Of a DNA stretch of 64,000 nt, positions 11,245 through 23,217 are shown piece after piece. The notes beneath the pieces are model-generated. The model searched no databases and had not been told where the DNA came from. It saw only the letters and a program-made list of their open reading frames with translations. Both the position numbers and the translations under genes were made by a program. Positions within the stretch are counted from its first letter, which is position 1, and every line of letters starts with the position of its first letter. Source of the stretch: Squalus acanthias (Eukaryota); NCBI GenBank assembly GCA_030390025.1, contig CM059432.1:4278001-4342000 (forward strand), read 5' to 3'.

Positions 11245-14040
11245 TCAGTACCCTGTCCCTGCTTTCTCCCCATATCCCTTGAGCCCCTTAGCCTTAAGAA
11301 ATATATCTAGCTCCTTCTTGAATATATTTAATGAATTGGCCTCAAATGCCTTCTGTGGTAGAGAATTCCACAGGTTCACCACTCTCTGGGTGAAGAAATT
11401 CCTTCTTATCTCAGTCCTAAATGGCTTACCCCTTATCCTTAGACTGTGACCCCTGGTTCTGGACTCCCCCACCTTCGGGAACAGCCTTCTTGCATCTAGT
11501 CTGTCTAGTGCTGTTAGAATTTTATAAGTTTCAATGAGATCCCCTCTCATTCTTCTAAACTCTAGCGAATATAAGCCCAATCGACCCAATCTCTCTTCAT
11601 ACGTCATTCCTGCCATCCCAGGTATCAGTCTGGTGAATCTTCGCTGCACTCCCTCCATGGCAAGAACATCCTTCCTCAGATAAGGCAACTAAAACTGCAC
11701 ACAATACTCAAGGTGTGGTCTCACCAAGGCCCTGTACAACTGCAGCAAAACATCCTTGCTCCTGTACTCGAATCCTCTCGCTATGAAGGCCAACATACCA
11801 TTTGCCTTCTTAACCGCCTGCTGCACCTGCATGCTTACCTTCAGCGACTGGTGCACAAGGACACCCAGGTCTCATTGCACTTCCCCTTTTCCCAATCTAT
11901 TGCCGTTCAGATAATAATCTACCTTCCTGTTTTTGCCACCAAAGTGGATAACCTCGCATTTATCCATATTATACTGCATCTGCCATGCATCTGCCCAATC
12001 AACCAACCTGTCCAAATCATACTGGAGTTTCTCTGCATCCTCCTCACAGCACACACGCCCACCCAGCTTTGTGTCGTCTGCAAACTTGGAGATATTACAT
12101 CTAGTTCCCTCATCTAGATCATTAATATATATTGTGAATAACTGGGGTCCTAGCACCGATCCCTGTGGTACCCCACTAGTCACTGCCTGCCACTCGGAAA
12201 AAGACCCGTTTATTCCAACTCCTTGCTTCCTGTCTGCCAACCAGTTCTCTATCCAAATCAGTACCTTACCCCCAATCCCGTGTGCTTTAACTTTGCACGC
12301 TAATCTCTTATGCGGGACCTTATTGAAAGCCTTCTGAAATACCAAATACACCACATCCACTGGTTCTCCCTTATCTATTCTACCAGTTACATCCTCAAAA
12401 AATTCCAGTAGATTAGTCAAGCATGATTTACCTTTTGTAAATCCATGTTGACTTTGTCCGATCCTGTCACTGTTTTCCAAGTGCTCTACTATTACATCTT
12501 TATAATGGACTCTAGCGATTTCCCCACTACCGATGTCAGGCTTACCGGTCTATAATTCCCCGTTTTCTCTCTACCACCTTTTTTTAATAGTGGGGTTACA
12601 TTAGCTACCCTCCAATCCATGGGAACTGTTCCAGAGTCTATAGAATTTTGGAAGATGACCAGCAATGCATCCAATATTTCTAGGGCCACTTCCTTAAGTA
12701 CCCTAGGATGTAGATTATCAGGCCCTGGGGATTTATCGGCCTTCAATCCCGTCAATTTCCTTAACACCATTTCCCTACAAATACTGATTTCATTCAGTTC
12801 CTCCCTCTCATTAGACCCTATGTTCCCTGACATCTCTGGGAGTTTATTTGTGTCCTCCTTTGTGAAGACAGAACCAAAGTATGTATTTAATTGGTCTGCC
12901 ATTTCTTTGTTCCCCATTATAAATTCCCCTGATTCTGCAAGGGACCTACGCTTGACCTCACCAATCTTTTTCTCTTCACATATCTATAGAAGCTTTTACA
13001 GTCAGTTTTATGTTCCCTGCAAGCTTACTCTCATACTTTACTTCCCCCCTCTTAAAAAATCCCTTTGTCCTCCTTTGCTGGATCCTAAACTGCTCCCAAT
13101 CCTCATGTTTGCTGCTTTTTCTGGCCAATTTTTATGTCCTCTCCTTGGATTTTATGCTATCCCTAATTTCCCTTGTTAGCCATGGTTGAGTCACCTTTTT
13201 TGTTTTATTTTTATGCCAAACAGGGATGAACAAATTCTGTAGTTCATCCATGCGATCTTTAAATGTTTGCCATTGCGTATCCACCGTCAACCCTTTAAGT
13301 AACATTCCCCAATCCATCCTAGCCAACTCGCGCCTCATACCATCGTAGTTTCCTTTATTGAAAATCAGTACCCTAGTCTCTGAGTCAACTGCTACTTCAC
13401 TCTCCATCTTAATGAAGAATTCTATCATATTATGATCGCTCCTCCCCAAGGGGCCTCGCACAACAAGATTGCTAATTAATGCTTTCTCATTACATAATAC
13501 CCAGTCTAAGATGGCCTGATCTCTAGTTGGTTCCTCGACATATTGGTCCAGGAAACCATCCCGTATACACTCTAGAAATTCCTCCTCCACAGTATTGTTA
13601 CTAATTTGGTTAGCCCAATCTATATGTAGATTAAAGTCACCCATGATAACTGCTGTGTCCTTTTGGACGCATCTCTAATTTCCCGTTTAATGCCATCCCC
13701 AACCTCAGCATTACTGTTTGGGGGTCTGTATACAACTCCTCTGCCCCATGGTATTTCTCAGCTCTACCCATACCAATTCCACATCATCAGAGCTAATATC
13801 CTTCCTTACAATTGTGTTAATCTCCTCTTTAACCAGCAATGCTACCCCACCTCCTTTTCCTTCTTGCCTGTCCTTTCTGAATATTGAATACCCCTGGATG
13901 TTGAATTCCCAGCCTTGGTCACCCTGGAGCCATGTCTCTGTAATCCCAATTATATCATATCCGTTTACATCTATTTGTGCAGCTAATTCTTCCACCTTAT
14001 TACGAATGCTCCTCGCATTAAGACACAAAGCCTTCAGGCT
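11245..14040 (-). pseudogene. CR1 ORF2 (APE endonuclease + reverse transcriptase), several frameshifts
   Basis: CLNARSI, ITETWL, GDFN, SDH, NYRPVSLTS, QHGF, GVPQGSVLGP, FADD motifs in order. Confidence 0.93.
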
Positions 14041-14214
14041 TGTTTTTTTTAATACTCTTAGACCTTTTAGAATTATTATTTACTGTGGCTATGTTTGATT
14101 TACACCCTTGATTTCTCTGACTTCCACTTTTGCTTTTCTGCTTCCTGTCTTTTGCTTCTATCCTTGCTTTCCTTTCCTCTGTCTCCCTGCACATGTTCCC
14201 AACCCCCTGCCATT

Positions 14215-15163
14215 TTAGTTGAAACCCTCCCCAACAGCACCAGCAAACACTCCCCCTAGGACATCGGTCCCGGTCCTGCCTAGGTGCAAACCGTCCAGTT
14301 TGTACTGGTCCCACCTCCCCCAGAACTGGTCCCAATGTCCCAGGAATTTGAATCTCTCCCCCTTGCACCATTCTTCTAGCCACGTATCCATCTGAAATAT
14401 CCTTCTATTTCTACTCTGACTAGTACGTGGCACTGGTAGCAATCCTGAGATTACTACCTTTGAGGTCCTATTTTTAAATTTACCTCCTAACTCCCTATAT
14501 TCAGCTTTTAGGACCTCATCCCGTTTTTACCTATATCATTGGTACCTATATGCACCACGACAACTGGCTGTTCACCCTCCCCCTCCAGAATTCCCTGCAG
14601 CTGCTCTGAGACATCCTTGACCCTTGCACCAGGGAGGCAACATACCATCCTGGAGTCTCATTTGCGGTCGCAGAAACGCCTATCTATTCCCCTTACTATA
14701 GAATCCCCTATCACTATAGCTCTCCCGCTCTTTTTCCTCCCGTCCTGTGCAGCAGAACCACCCATGGTGCCAGGAAGTTGGTTGCTGCTGCCTTCCCCCG
14801 ATAAGCCATCCTCCTCAACAATATCCAAAGCGGTATATCTGTTTGAGAGGGGGATGGCCACAGAGGACCCTTGCACTACCTGCCTGCACCTATTACTCTG
14901 CCTGGCGGTCACCCATTCCCTTCCTGCCTGTGCAGCCTTTACCTGCGGTGTGACCAACTCATTAAACGTGATATCCAGAACGTCCTCAGCATCGCGAATG
15001 CTCCCGTATCTATCCATTCGCAGCTCCAGCGCCGCAATGCGGTCTGTGATAGCTGCAGCTGGATATATCTCCCGCACACATTGTCACCAGGGACACAGGA
15101 AGTGTCCCTGATTTCCCACATAGTGCAGGAGGAGCATGCCACGGGGTCGAGCTGTGCTGCCAT
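14215..15163 (-). pseudogene. CR1 ORF1 (zinc finger/coiled coil + SGNH esterase-like), frameshifted
   Basis: CSSCTMWE..CGR; AIVIGDSIVRGIDRRFC; YKLDGLHL..VGEGFN*, spread over three frames. Confidence 0.88.
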
Positions 15164-15469
15164 GACTTACCCTTTAATTAATTTAAATTAAATCAAATCA
15201 ATACCACAAATTACACTACAATTAAATGATATAGTCAAGGGCCCTTGTTTACTAGCACTCCCTGCTACACAACAGAGACCTTAGGAACTATAACCACAAA
15301 ATTAAGACCTTCTAAACTTTTTAAACTATTAACCTTAACAGTCAAACTATAGGGTAGTATAAATACTCACCTGGCCGTACTCACCCAATCAACTGTTTCC
15401 TCTTGCCCGCATCACTTTTTGAATCATGACATGGCTCTGGAACGCCGCCGCCAGTCTGCGAGATTGGTA

Positions 15470-15612
15470 AGCCTCTGAAAAAAGCCCGCAAGAGTGAGTT
15501 TAAATACTCACTGTTCTCTCCTGCTTCTCCCGACACCAGCCTCTGAAAAAAAGCCCGCGAAAGTGAGTTTAAATACTCACTGTACCGTTGCTCTCTCCGC
15601 TCCCGACACCGG
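15470..15612. repeat. Two ~70-bp tandem monomers at CR1 5' end
   Basis: AGCCTCTGAAAAAAGCCCGC..GTGAGTTTAAATACTCACTG..CTCCCGACACC occurs twice. Confidence 0.8.
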
Positions 15613-15750
15613 CCTGGATGCTAAAGCCAATTGTCATTAGCAACCACTGCCACAGCTAGCTCAGGGGAGTGACTTGGTGACCAGTCAAGATGGGTTTGAT
15701 CGATTGGTCTTCCCACTGGGAGTCCAATGTTCTTCTTATAAAAAACAAAA

Positions 15751-15961
15751 ATGAGAAGTCGCACAACACCAGGTTATAGTCCAACAGTTTTATTTGAAAT
15801 TACGAGCTTTCGGAGCTCTGCTCCTTCTTCAGGTACAGAAGGGGCAGTAGCTCCGAAAGCTCGTAATTTCAAATAAAACTGTTGGACTATAACCTGGTGT
15901 TGTGCGACTTCTCATTTTTGTCCACCCCAGTCCAACACCGGCATCTCCGCATCATGGCCAC
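15751..15961. mobile_element. Fold-back retro-insertion (probably inverted Penelope-type ends) with 14-bp TSD
   Basis: Perfect 73-bp inverted arms 15745-15817/15849-15921; TATAAAAAACAAAA at 15737-15750 and 15962-15975. Confidence 0.75.
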
Positions 15962-16054
15962 TATAAAAAACAAAACAGCTTTTAGTGATTAGTCTCAAGG
16001 CACAGATTCACCCGATAGTGTATTACACCCTTAGTATGGACTCTAGCTCGTTAA

Positions 16055-16151
16055 GACCAATCGGAAGAGCCATTTCCCAGCGTCTTGTGATGTAGCGGAA
16101 GGCCTAGAGTGTAGGCTCTTAACTGACTGAGTGTTCAGTTTCCATGGTAAC
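16055..16151. promoter_or_regulatory. Candidate promoter motif cluster (CCAAT box, ETS cores, RFX X-box)
   Basis: GACCAATCG 16055-16063; CGGAAG 16062 and 16096; GTTTCCATGGTAAC 16138-16151; non-repetitive sequence. Confidence 0.4.
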
Positions 16152-16611
16152 CGCTGTTAGGTTATAATGCTGACGAAAGTTTTTTTTTTAACTCCAAATT
16201 AAACCAATTTGATTCCTCCTTTTTTTCCCCGGTAATGTTCCTATTTTGAGCCCTGACGTTCAGTCACTTTCCGCAAGGATGCATTTTTCTATCTGTGCCG
16301 CTTGCTATTCCTTTCGGACTTGTCGGCTAGCGGCCTGAAGCTCGAGTGATCGGGAGGAAGCCCTCGAAAGGGGCATTACCATAATTGCCTCCGCATGCCA
16401 TCATCAAACTGCACAGGATGGTGAAAGGGCAGCCACAGCGAGGATCATTTACAGGCCAGGTTCAATTATGTCAGTACCAAGCACTGCATCCCCTGTCCTA
16501 TTTAGCTCTACGGGTGAATGCGTAATTTTGTAATTTTTTTTTGTTGGACTGTTATCGGTATTTCAGCCTTGATTTCTTCTCCAACAACTTCGTGAAGGTA
16601 TGAATATTGGC

Positions 16612-16660
16612 AGCGGGGGGGAGGGGGAGGGGGGGGGAAGGAGGGGGGGGAGGGGAGAGG
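16612..16660 (+). repeat. G-rich (GnA)n tract, G-quadruplex-forming potential
   Basis: More than four runs of at least 4 G with short loops. Confidence 0.7.
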
Positions 16661-16899
16661 TTTCTGCAGGAAAACTTCACCCACACTTTAGAAAAAATAA
16701 TGCAGGCAAGATGTCAAGTTCACGGCTCTGCTAATTAACTTCCTATTAATAGACCTCATGATCTATGTCGTGTCAGGCACGCAGGGTGCAAGAAACATCA
16801 AAACAGTGATGATCAATGCATAGCCCTCAGTGCTTGACGTTGCATATTCATTTAATGAACCGTTAGTTTTCTGGTTAATTAAGGTCACAATCTCACATT

Positions 16900-16926
16900 C
16901 ACACACACACACACACACACACACAT
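16900..16926 (+). repeat. (CA)n microsatellite
   Basis: Direct reading. Confidence 0.95.
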
Positions 16927-17124
16927 ACAAAACAATGCCCTAGGGTAATTAAATAAAAATGAATTTGTTTGGTACTAAGATCAAACTTTAATGAAGTAGT
17001 AACCACAGTATTCAAATCAAACAAACTCTTAACGCAAGATAAAATTGAAGAACCTTTCCCCTCAGATTAGTGGACATGTGGTGGGGACTCCCAGTAAAAG
17101 CAATTTATCAATTAACACCACCTT

Positions 17125-17545
17125 GTGTCAGCCGTGGTTCAGTGGGTAGCACTACTCGCCTCTGAGTCAGAAGGTTGTGGGTTCAAGTCTACGCTCCAGG
17201 GACTTGAGCACATAAAGCTAGGCTGACACTCCAGTGCAGTATTGAGGGAGTGCCGCACTGTTGGATGAGACATTAAACCAAGGCTCTCTCAAGTGGGTGT
17301 AAAAGATCCCACGGCCACTATTTCGAAGAAGAGCAGGGGAGTTATCCCCTGGTGTCCTGGGGCCAATATTTATCCCTCAACCAACATAACAAAAACAGAT
17401 TATCTGGTCATTATCACATTGCTGTTTGTGGGAGCTTGCTGTGTGCAAATTGGCTGCTGCGTTTTCCACAGTAATGGGACTTGGACCCCACGACCTTCTG
17501 AGTCAGAGGTGAGAGAGCTACCCACTGAGACCTAGGTTGACACCT
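17125..17545 (+). mobile_element. Deu-domain SINE (3' truncated) followed by an inverted SINE head
   Basis: A/B boxes and body 17125-17472; reverse head 17473-17545. Confidence 0.85.
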
Positions 17546-17974
17546 AATCTGTCCATTCCACCTGGAGCAGGTGAACGAACAGAACCCAGAGCAGGTGCAA
17601 GCAGTGAAGAGTGGATCCAGCGTGTAGTGCAGTGAACTTGTTTCCGATAACTTTTCTTGTATAAGTTCTTATTTTTTTATGTCTCACTGTGAAGGATGGA
17701 GGAGCCACACTAACAGTATCAGCACAGCCGGGAGGCAAATATAATCAGTATTCATGTACACATACAGTGAATATATTATTCATGTTTAAAGTGGAATTTG
17801 AGTGCATGGCTCTGTATCTGTGCCAATTAATTGAATTGTGTATCAGGCTGCAATCAGACTACATTGGCACAACAAGGCAAACTTGCATCATGCTGCGATG
17901 TGTGAGACTTTGCTTTCTGTTGTTCGTCAATGGCTGTCTTTGAAATAACATGCTATTAGCTCTTGATTTTGGTA

Positions 17975-18345
17975 GAATCGTAGAATTATACAAATTTACA
18001 GCACAGAAGGAGGCCATTCGGCCCATCGTATCTGAGTCAGCCGAAAAAGAGCTCTCCAGCCTAATCCCACTTTCCAGCTCTTGGTCCGTAGCCCTGTAGG
18101 TTACAGCACTTCAAGTGCACATCCAAGTACTTTTTAAATGTGCTGAGGGTTTCTGCCTCTACCACCCTTTCAGGCAGAGAGTTCCAGACCCCCACCACCC
18201 TCTGGGTGAAAAGATTTCTGCTCAACTCCCCTCTAATCCTTCTACCAATTACTTTAAATCTCTGCACCCTGGTTATTGACCTCTCTGCTAGGGGGAAATA
18301 GGTCCTTCCTACCCACTCTATCTAGGCCCCTTGTAATTTTACACA
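17975..18345 (-). mobile_element. CR1 LINE 3' fragment
   Basis: ORF 18061-18267 ending GYGPRAGKWD*. Confidence 0.9.
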
Positions 18346-18597
18346 CTCTTCACTGCTTGCACCTGCTCTGGTTTCTGTCAGTGGTAGGTGGTAGAATGGA
18401 CAATAGTGCTCAATATTCAGATGGTGGAGGTGAGGTGACTGTGATTGTGGTGCATTATCCTTCCTCGTCCTTCTCCGATCGTTCCTCAGTGTTCAATGCA
18501 TTTCACCATGCCATCCCTCCAATGCCTCTCCTCTGTTGTCCATCTCTGTCACGCTTGCCCTCACAGGGTTCCCACTTCTTCTGATCCATGATTCTCT

Positions 18598-18800
18598 TCC
18601 TATCAACATTGCAAAAAACAGACTGTCTGGTCATTATCACATTACTGTTTGTGGGATCTTGCTGTGCGCAAACTGTCTGCCATGTTTGCTACATTACAAC
18701 AGTGACTCCACTTCAAGAAAGTACTTCATTGGCTGTAAAGCGCTTTGGGACGTCCTGAGGTCATGAAAGACGCTATAGAAATGCAAATCTTTCTTTCTTT
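18598..18800 (+). mobile_element. Deu-domain SINE 3' half inside an old L2 RT relic (~18436-18860)
   Basis: SINE body/tail match; flanks resemble L2 LLVLLDLS and SGVPQG regions. Confidence 0.7.
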
Positions 18801-19103
18801 TATTGCCACACCACCATCTCCGGAGTCTCCCAAAGACCTCTCCTCAACCTCCTTCTCTTATGAATGTATGTAGGACTGAGGAGAGGTTGGGGAAGGGATG
18901 CAAAAGGATAATGCACCACACTCACAGTCACCTCACCTCATCCATCTGAATATTGAAAGAAAGAAAGACTTGCATTTATATAGCGCCTTTCACGACCACC
19001 GGACGTCTCAAAGCACTTTACAGCCAATGAAGTGCTTTTGAAGTGGAGTCACTGTTGAAATGTGGGCAATATTGACCACGATTGTCCTTTCTACCATCTA
19101 CCA

Positions 19104-19865
19104 AAAAGTTAGGAACAGTGGAGGTCCAAAGAGATGTAGGGGTCCATGTACACAGATCATTAAAATGTCGTGGTCAGGTACAAAATAAATCAAAAAAGGC
19201 TAATGGAATGTTGGCCTTTATAACTCGAGGGCTAGACTATAAAGGGGAGGAAGTTTTGCTACAGCTGTACAAAGCCCTGGTTAGACCACATCTGGAGTCA
19301 CTGCGTTCAGTTCTGGGCCCCGCACCTCAGGAAGGATATATTGGCCTTGGAGGGGGAGCAGCGCAGATTCACCAGAATGGTACCGGGGGCTCCAAGGGTT
19401 AGATTATGAGGTGAGATTACATAAACTAGGCTTGTATTCCCTGGAATATAGGTGGTTAACAACAACAACAACAACAAGGGGTGATTTGTTTGAGGTTTTT
19501 AGGATTTTGAAAGGAATTGACAGGGGAGATAGAGAGAAACTTTTTCCACTGCTGGGGGAGTCTTGGACAAGGGGACATGGCCTTAAAATCAGAGCCAGGC
19601 CATTCAGGAGAGAAGTTAGGAAACACTTCTTCACACAAAGGGTGGTAGAAGTGTGGCGCTCTCTCCCACAAAAAGCAGTAGATGCTGGGGCTCAATTAAT
19701 AATTTTAAATCTGAGACCCATAGAGTTTTGCGAGCCAAGGATATAAGAGGATATGGAGCCAAGGCAGGTGGATGGGGTTAAGATACAGATCAGCCATGAT
19801 CTGACGGGATAGTGCAACAGGCTCTAGGGGTTGAATGGCCTACTCCTGTTCCTATGTTCCTATGT
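19104..19865 (+). mobile_element. CR1 LINE 3' fragment
   Basis: ORFs 19082-19402 and 19411-19746; (TTCCTATG)n tail. Confidence 0.88.
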
Positions 19866-20085
19866 ATGCCCATGGTGATAGAGTCATAGGAGCAAGAACC
19901 ATTCAGCCCCTCAAGCCTGTTGTTTCTCAACTCCTGCCTTTTCTCCATATCCCTTGATACCCTTACAAAAATCTATTGATCTCAGTCTTGTCAATTGTTC
20001 CCCAGCATCCACAGCCTTTTGTGGAAGAGAGTTCAAGATTCCACTACCCTTTGTGTGAAAAAATGCTTCCAGACTTCACTCCTAA

Positions 20086-20542
20086 GCTCGAGGAACAGTA
20101 CCTCATCTTTCAATTAGGCACTTTACAGCCTTCTGGACTCAACATCGAGTTCAACAATTTCAGACCATAACCTCTGCCCCTATCATTTTTTTGCTCTCTC
20201 TCTCACATGGCAGCTGTTGATCACTCTGCCAGTGCCATTTACACTTCATCTAGAGCCATCTTTTGTTTCTTAACTTGTCCCATTACCATCTCCTTTTGCC
20301 TTGCACCATCCTCCCTTTTGTCATTTAATCTCTCCCGCCTTCCATCCTATCACAGACCTTCCCTTTTGTTCTTTCCTCCCCTCCCCCCTCTCCCTGCCCC
20401 GACACTTGCTTAAAAACCTGTTCCATCTCCAACTTTTTCCAGTTCTGATGAAAGGTCATCGACCTGAAACATTAACTCTGTTTCTCTCTCTCCACAGATG
20501 CTGCCTGACCTGCTGAGTATTTCCAGCATTTTCTGTTTGTAT
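20086..20542 (+). mobile_element. Penelope-like 3' fragment inserted into an old CR1 (19885-20755, minus)
   Basis: KLEEQYLIFQLGTLQPSGLNIEFNNFRP*; 11-bp TSD TTCACTCCTAA at 20075-20085 and 20543-20553. Confidence 0.88.
20441..20477 (+). ncRNA. Minimal hammerhead-like motif
   Basis: AGTT-CTGATGA-A-AGGTC(ATC)GACCT-GAAAC-ATT-AACT. Confidence 0.55.
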
Positions 20543-20759
20543 TTCACTCCTAACTGGCTTGGCTCTAATTTTAAGATTATGCCCTCTGGTTTTAGATTCC
20601 CCCACCAGAGGAAATAATTGCTCTGTGTTGACCCAATCCCTTTGTCATTTTAAAGAAACACCTCTCAACCTTCTAAACTCAAAGGAATACATCAAAGTCA
20701 ATGCAACCTGTCCTCATAATGTAATCCTTTTAGCCCTGGTATCATTCTGGTGAATCAAT

Positions 20760-21175
20760 TGGGGATAGGCTGGGGTTTGTTTTCTTTGGAACAGAGGAGG
20801 CTGAGGGGAGATTTAATTGAGGTGTATAAAATTATGAGAGGCCGAGATAGAGTGGATAGGAAGGACCTATTTCCCTTAGCAGAGAGGCCAATAACCAGGG
20901 GGCATAGATTTAAATTAATTGGTAGAAGGATTAGGGGGGAGTTGAGGAGAACTTATTTCACCCAGAGGGTGGTAGGGGTCTGGAACTCACTGCCTGAAAG
21001 GGTGGTAGAGGCAGGAACCCTCATCACATTTAAAAAGTACTTGGATGTGCACTTGAAGTGCCGTAACCTGCAGGGCCACGGACCAAGAGCTGGAAAGTGG
21101 GATTAGGCTGGAGAGCTCTTTGTCAGCTGGCGCGGACACGATGGGCCGAATGGCCTCCTTCTGTGCCACAAATTT
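20760..21175 (+). mobile_element. CR1 LINE 3' fragment
   Basis: ORF 20750-21106 ending GPRAGKWD*. Confidence 0.9.
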
Positions 21176-21602
21176 TTTTAAAGAAAGAACCTGAGCTACA
21201 CCCCCTTCCAAGGCCAATATACCCTTCCTGAGGTGCGGAGCCCAGAAGCGAACGCAATTACTCCGGATGGATAAGCCAACTGAAGCATCACCTCCTCACA
21301 TCAGAACAACGGCACTATTTGTCCAACTGTAGGGAATATTAAAATGTGAGACATGCTGACGTCCCTGGTTTCTCTCCCTTCTTCAGAGGAAGTGCCTTTG
21401 CTACTGCTTATTACTTCCTCGTTCATTCTTTCCCAAGACAGCAAACTCATCAAATGGGCAATCTCAGACCCAGATCTGAGCCTTACCATGTTATAATAAA
21501 GCATATCACTGTATTAACGGGCTCGACTTCGAAGCAATCATTGCAGTTAATTATTTAATGGCGAAGGTTTGAGATTAATAATTGTGGTAAGAAATATTTT
21601 TT

Positions 21603-22110
21603 TTCATTCATTCATAGGATGTGGGCGTCACTGGCAAGGCCAGTATTTATTGCCCATCCCTAATCGCTCTTGAGAAGGTGGTGGTGAGCCGCCTTCTTGA
21701 ACCGCTGCAGTCCGTGTGGTGAAGGTACTCCCACAGTGCTGTTCGGGAGAGAGTTCCAGGATTTTGACCCAGCGACGATGAAGGAACGGCCAATATATTT
21801 CCAAGTCAGGATGGTGTGTGTGACTTGGAGGGGAACTTGGAGGTGGTGGTGTTCCCATGTGCCTGCTGCCCTTGCCCTTCTAGGTGGTACAGGTCATGGG
21901 TTTGGGAGGTGCTGCCGAAGAAGCCTTGGCGAGTTGCTGCAGTGCATCTTGTAGATGGTACACACTGCAGCCACGGTGCGCCGGTGGTGGAGGGAGTGAA
22001 TATTTAAGGTGGTGGATGGGGTACAATCAAGTGGGCTGCTTTGCCCTGGATGGTGTCGAGCTTCTTGAGTGTTGTTGGAGCTGCACTCAACCAGGCAAGT
22101 GGAGAGTATT
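21603..22110 (-). mobile_element. 3' fragment of the second LINE family (as 56337-57295)
   Basis: Reverse complement of 56790-57290; (TTCA)n tail. Confidence 0.85.
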
Positions 22111-22247
22111 ATGCCATCCTATAAGGTTGGGAGATAACTCTGTGTTTACATCCAATGTTATTGTTGTCCATTATTTAGTTTTTAACTTACTGGTTGTAGT
22201 TCAATTTTTCTCTCTGCTCTCCAACTTCCAAGAGTTACAAAACCTTA

Positions 22248-22752
22248 GTAAAGAAAGACTTGCATTTCTCCAGCGCCTTTCACGACCATCGGACATCTCA
22301 AAGCGCTTTACAGCCAATGAAGTACTTTTGATGTGCAGTCGCTGTTGTAATGTGGGAAACGCAGCAGCCAATTTGCGCACAGCAACACAGAATACACATT
22401 GGAACAACACAGAATACAGGGCGATATGATAGAAGCAATGTGAAAATGACCAGAAAATCTGTTTTAATGAAGTTGATTAAGGGATAAATATTGGCTTGGG
22501 ATACCTACCGTGCTCTTCTTCGAAATAGTGGCCATGGGATCTTTTACGTTCCCCTGAGAGAGCAGACGGGGCCTCGGTTTAACATCTCACCCGAAAAACG
22601 GCACCTCCAACAGTGCAGCACTCCCGCTGCACTGCATTAGGAGTGTCAGCCTAGCTTTATCGTGCTCAAGTCCCTGGAGTGGGACTGTGAACCCACAACC
22701 TTCTGACTCAGAGGTGAGAGAGAGTGCTGCCCACTGAGCCACGGCTGACACT
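22248..22752 (-). mobile_element. Deu-domain SINE with a short templated insertion
   Basis: Complete tail-to-head match; foreign ~50 bp at 22384-22434. Confidence 0.85.
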
Positions 22753-22754
22753 GT

Positions 22755-23180
22755 AAGACCCTAGCTAGAGTACTGTGTGTAGTATTGAACTCCGCGCTAT
22801 AGCAAGGATATTGAATCTTTGGAGAGGGTGCAATGCAGATCCACTGGGATAAGGCTTGCTTTGAAGAAATACAACGATGAAGAAAAACTTGAAAAATTGG
22901 GTCCTTTTTTCATTAGAACAACACAGAATACAGGGCGATATGATAGAAACAGATTGGTTCCAATACTTGATACAATATTAAACGTAAGAGATTTAGAACA
23001 GAACGCAAGAGAAACTTCTTCACATGGGGAGTTGTGAATCACTTCCAGGGTTAGAGGCTGAGGCAGAATCTATGCCAACATTCAAGCTTAGATTGGAGAG
23101 GTGGAGGAATAAAAAGGGGCTCAGGGGATACAGGAACTGGGTGGATAAATGTGATTAAAACTATTTGCATGTGTGGAGGA
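22755..23180 (+). mobile_element. Highly decayed CR1 3' fragment
   Basis: RP.LEYCV.., LERVQ, EEKLEKLG.F remnants. Confidence 0.65.
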
Positions 23181-23217
23181 GAAATGCCAACATTGACAGA
23201 TGTCAGCTGAGGCTCCG

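Larger units (their letters stand above)
11153..15615 (-). mobile_element. Near full-length, inactivated CR1 LINE (~4.5 kb)
   Basis: 5' UTR with tandem monomers, ORF1, ORF2 (APE + RT), 3' stem-loop and (CATAGAAA)n tail, all collinear on minus strand. Confidence 0.95.
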
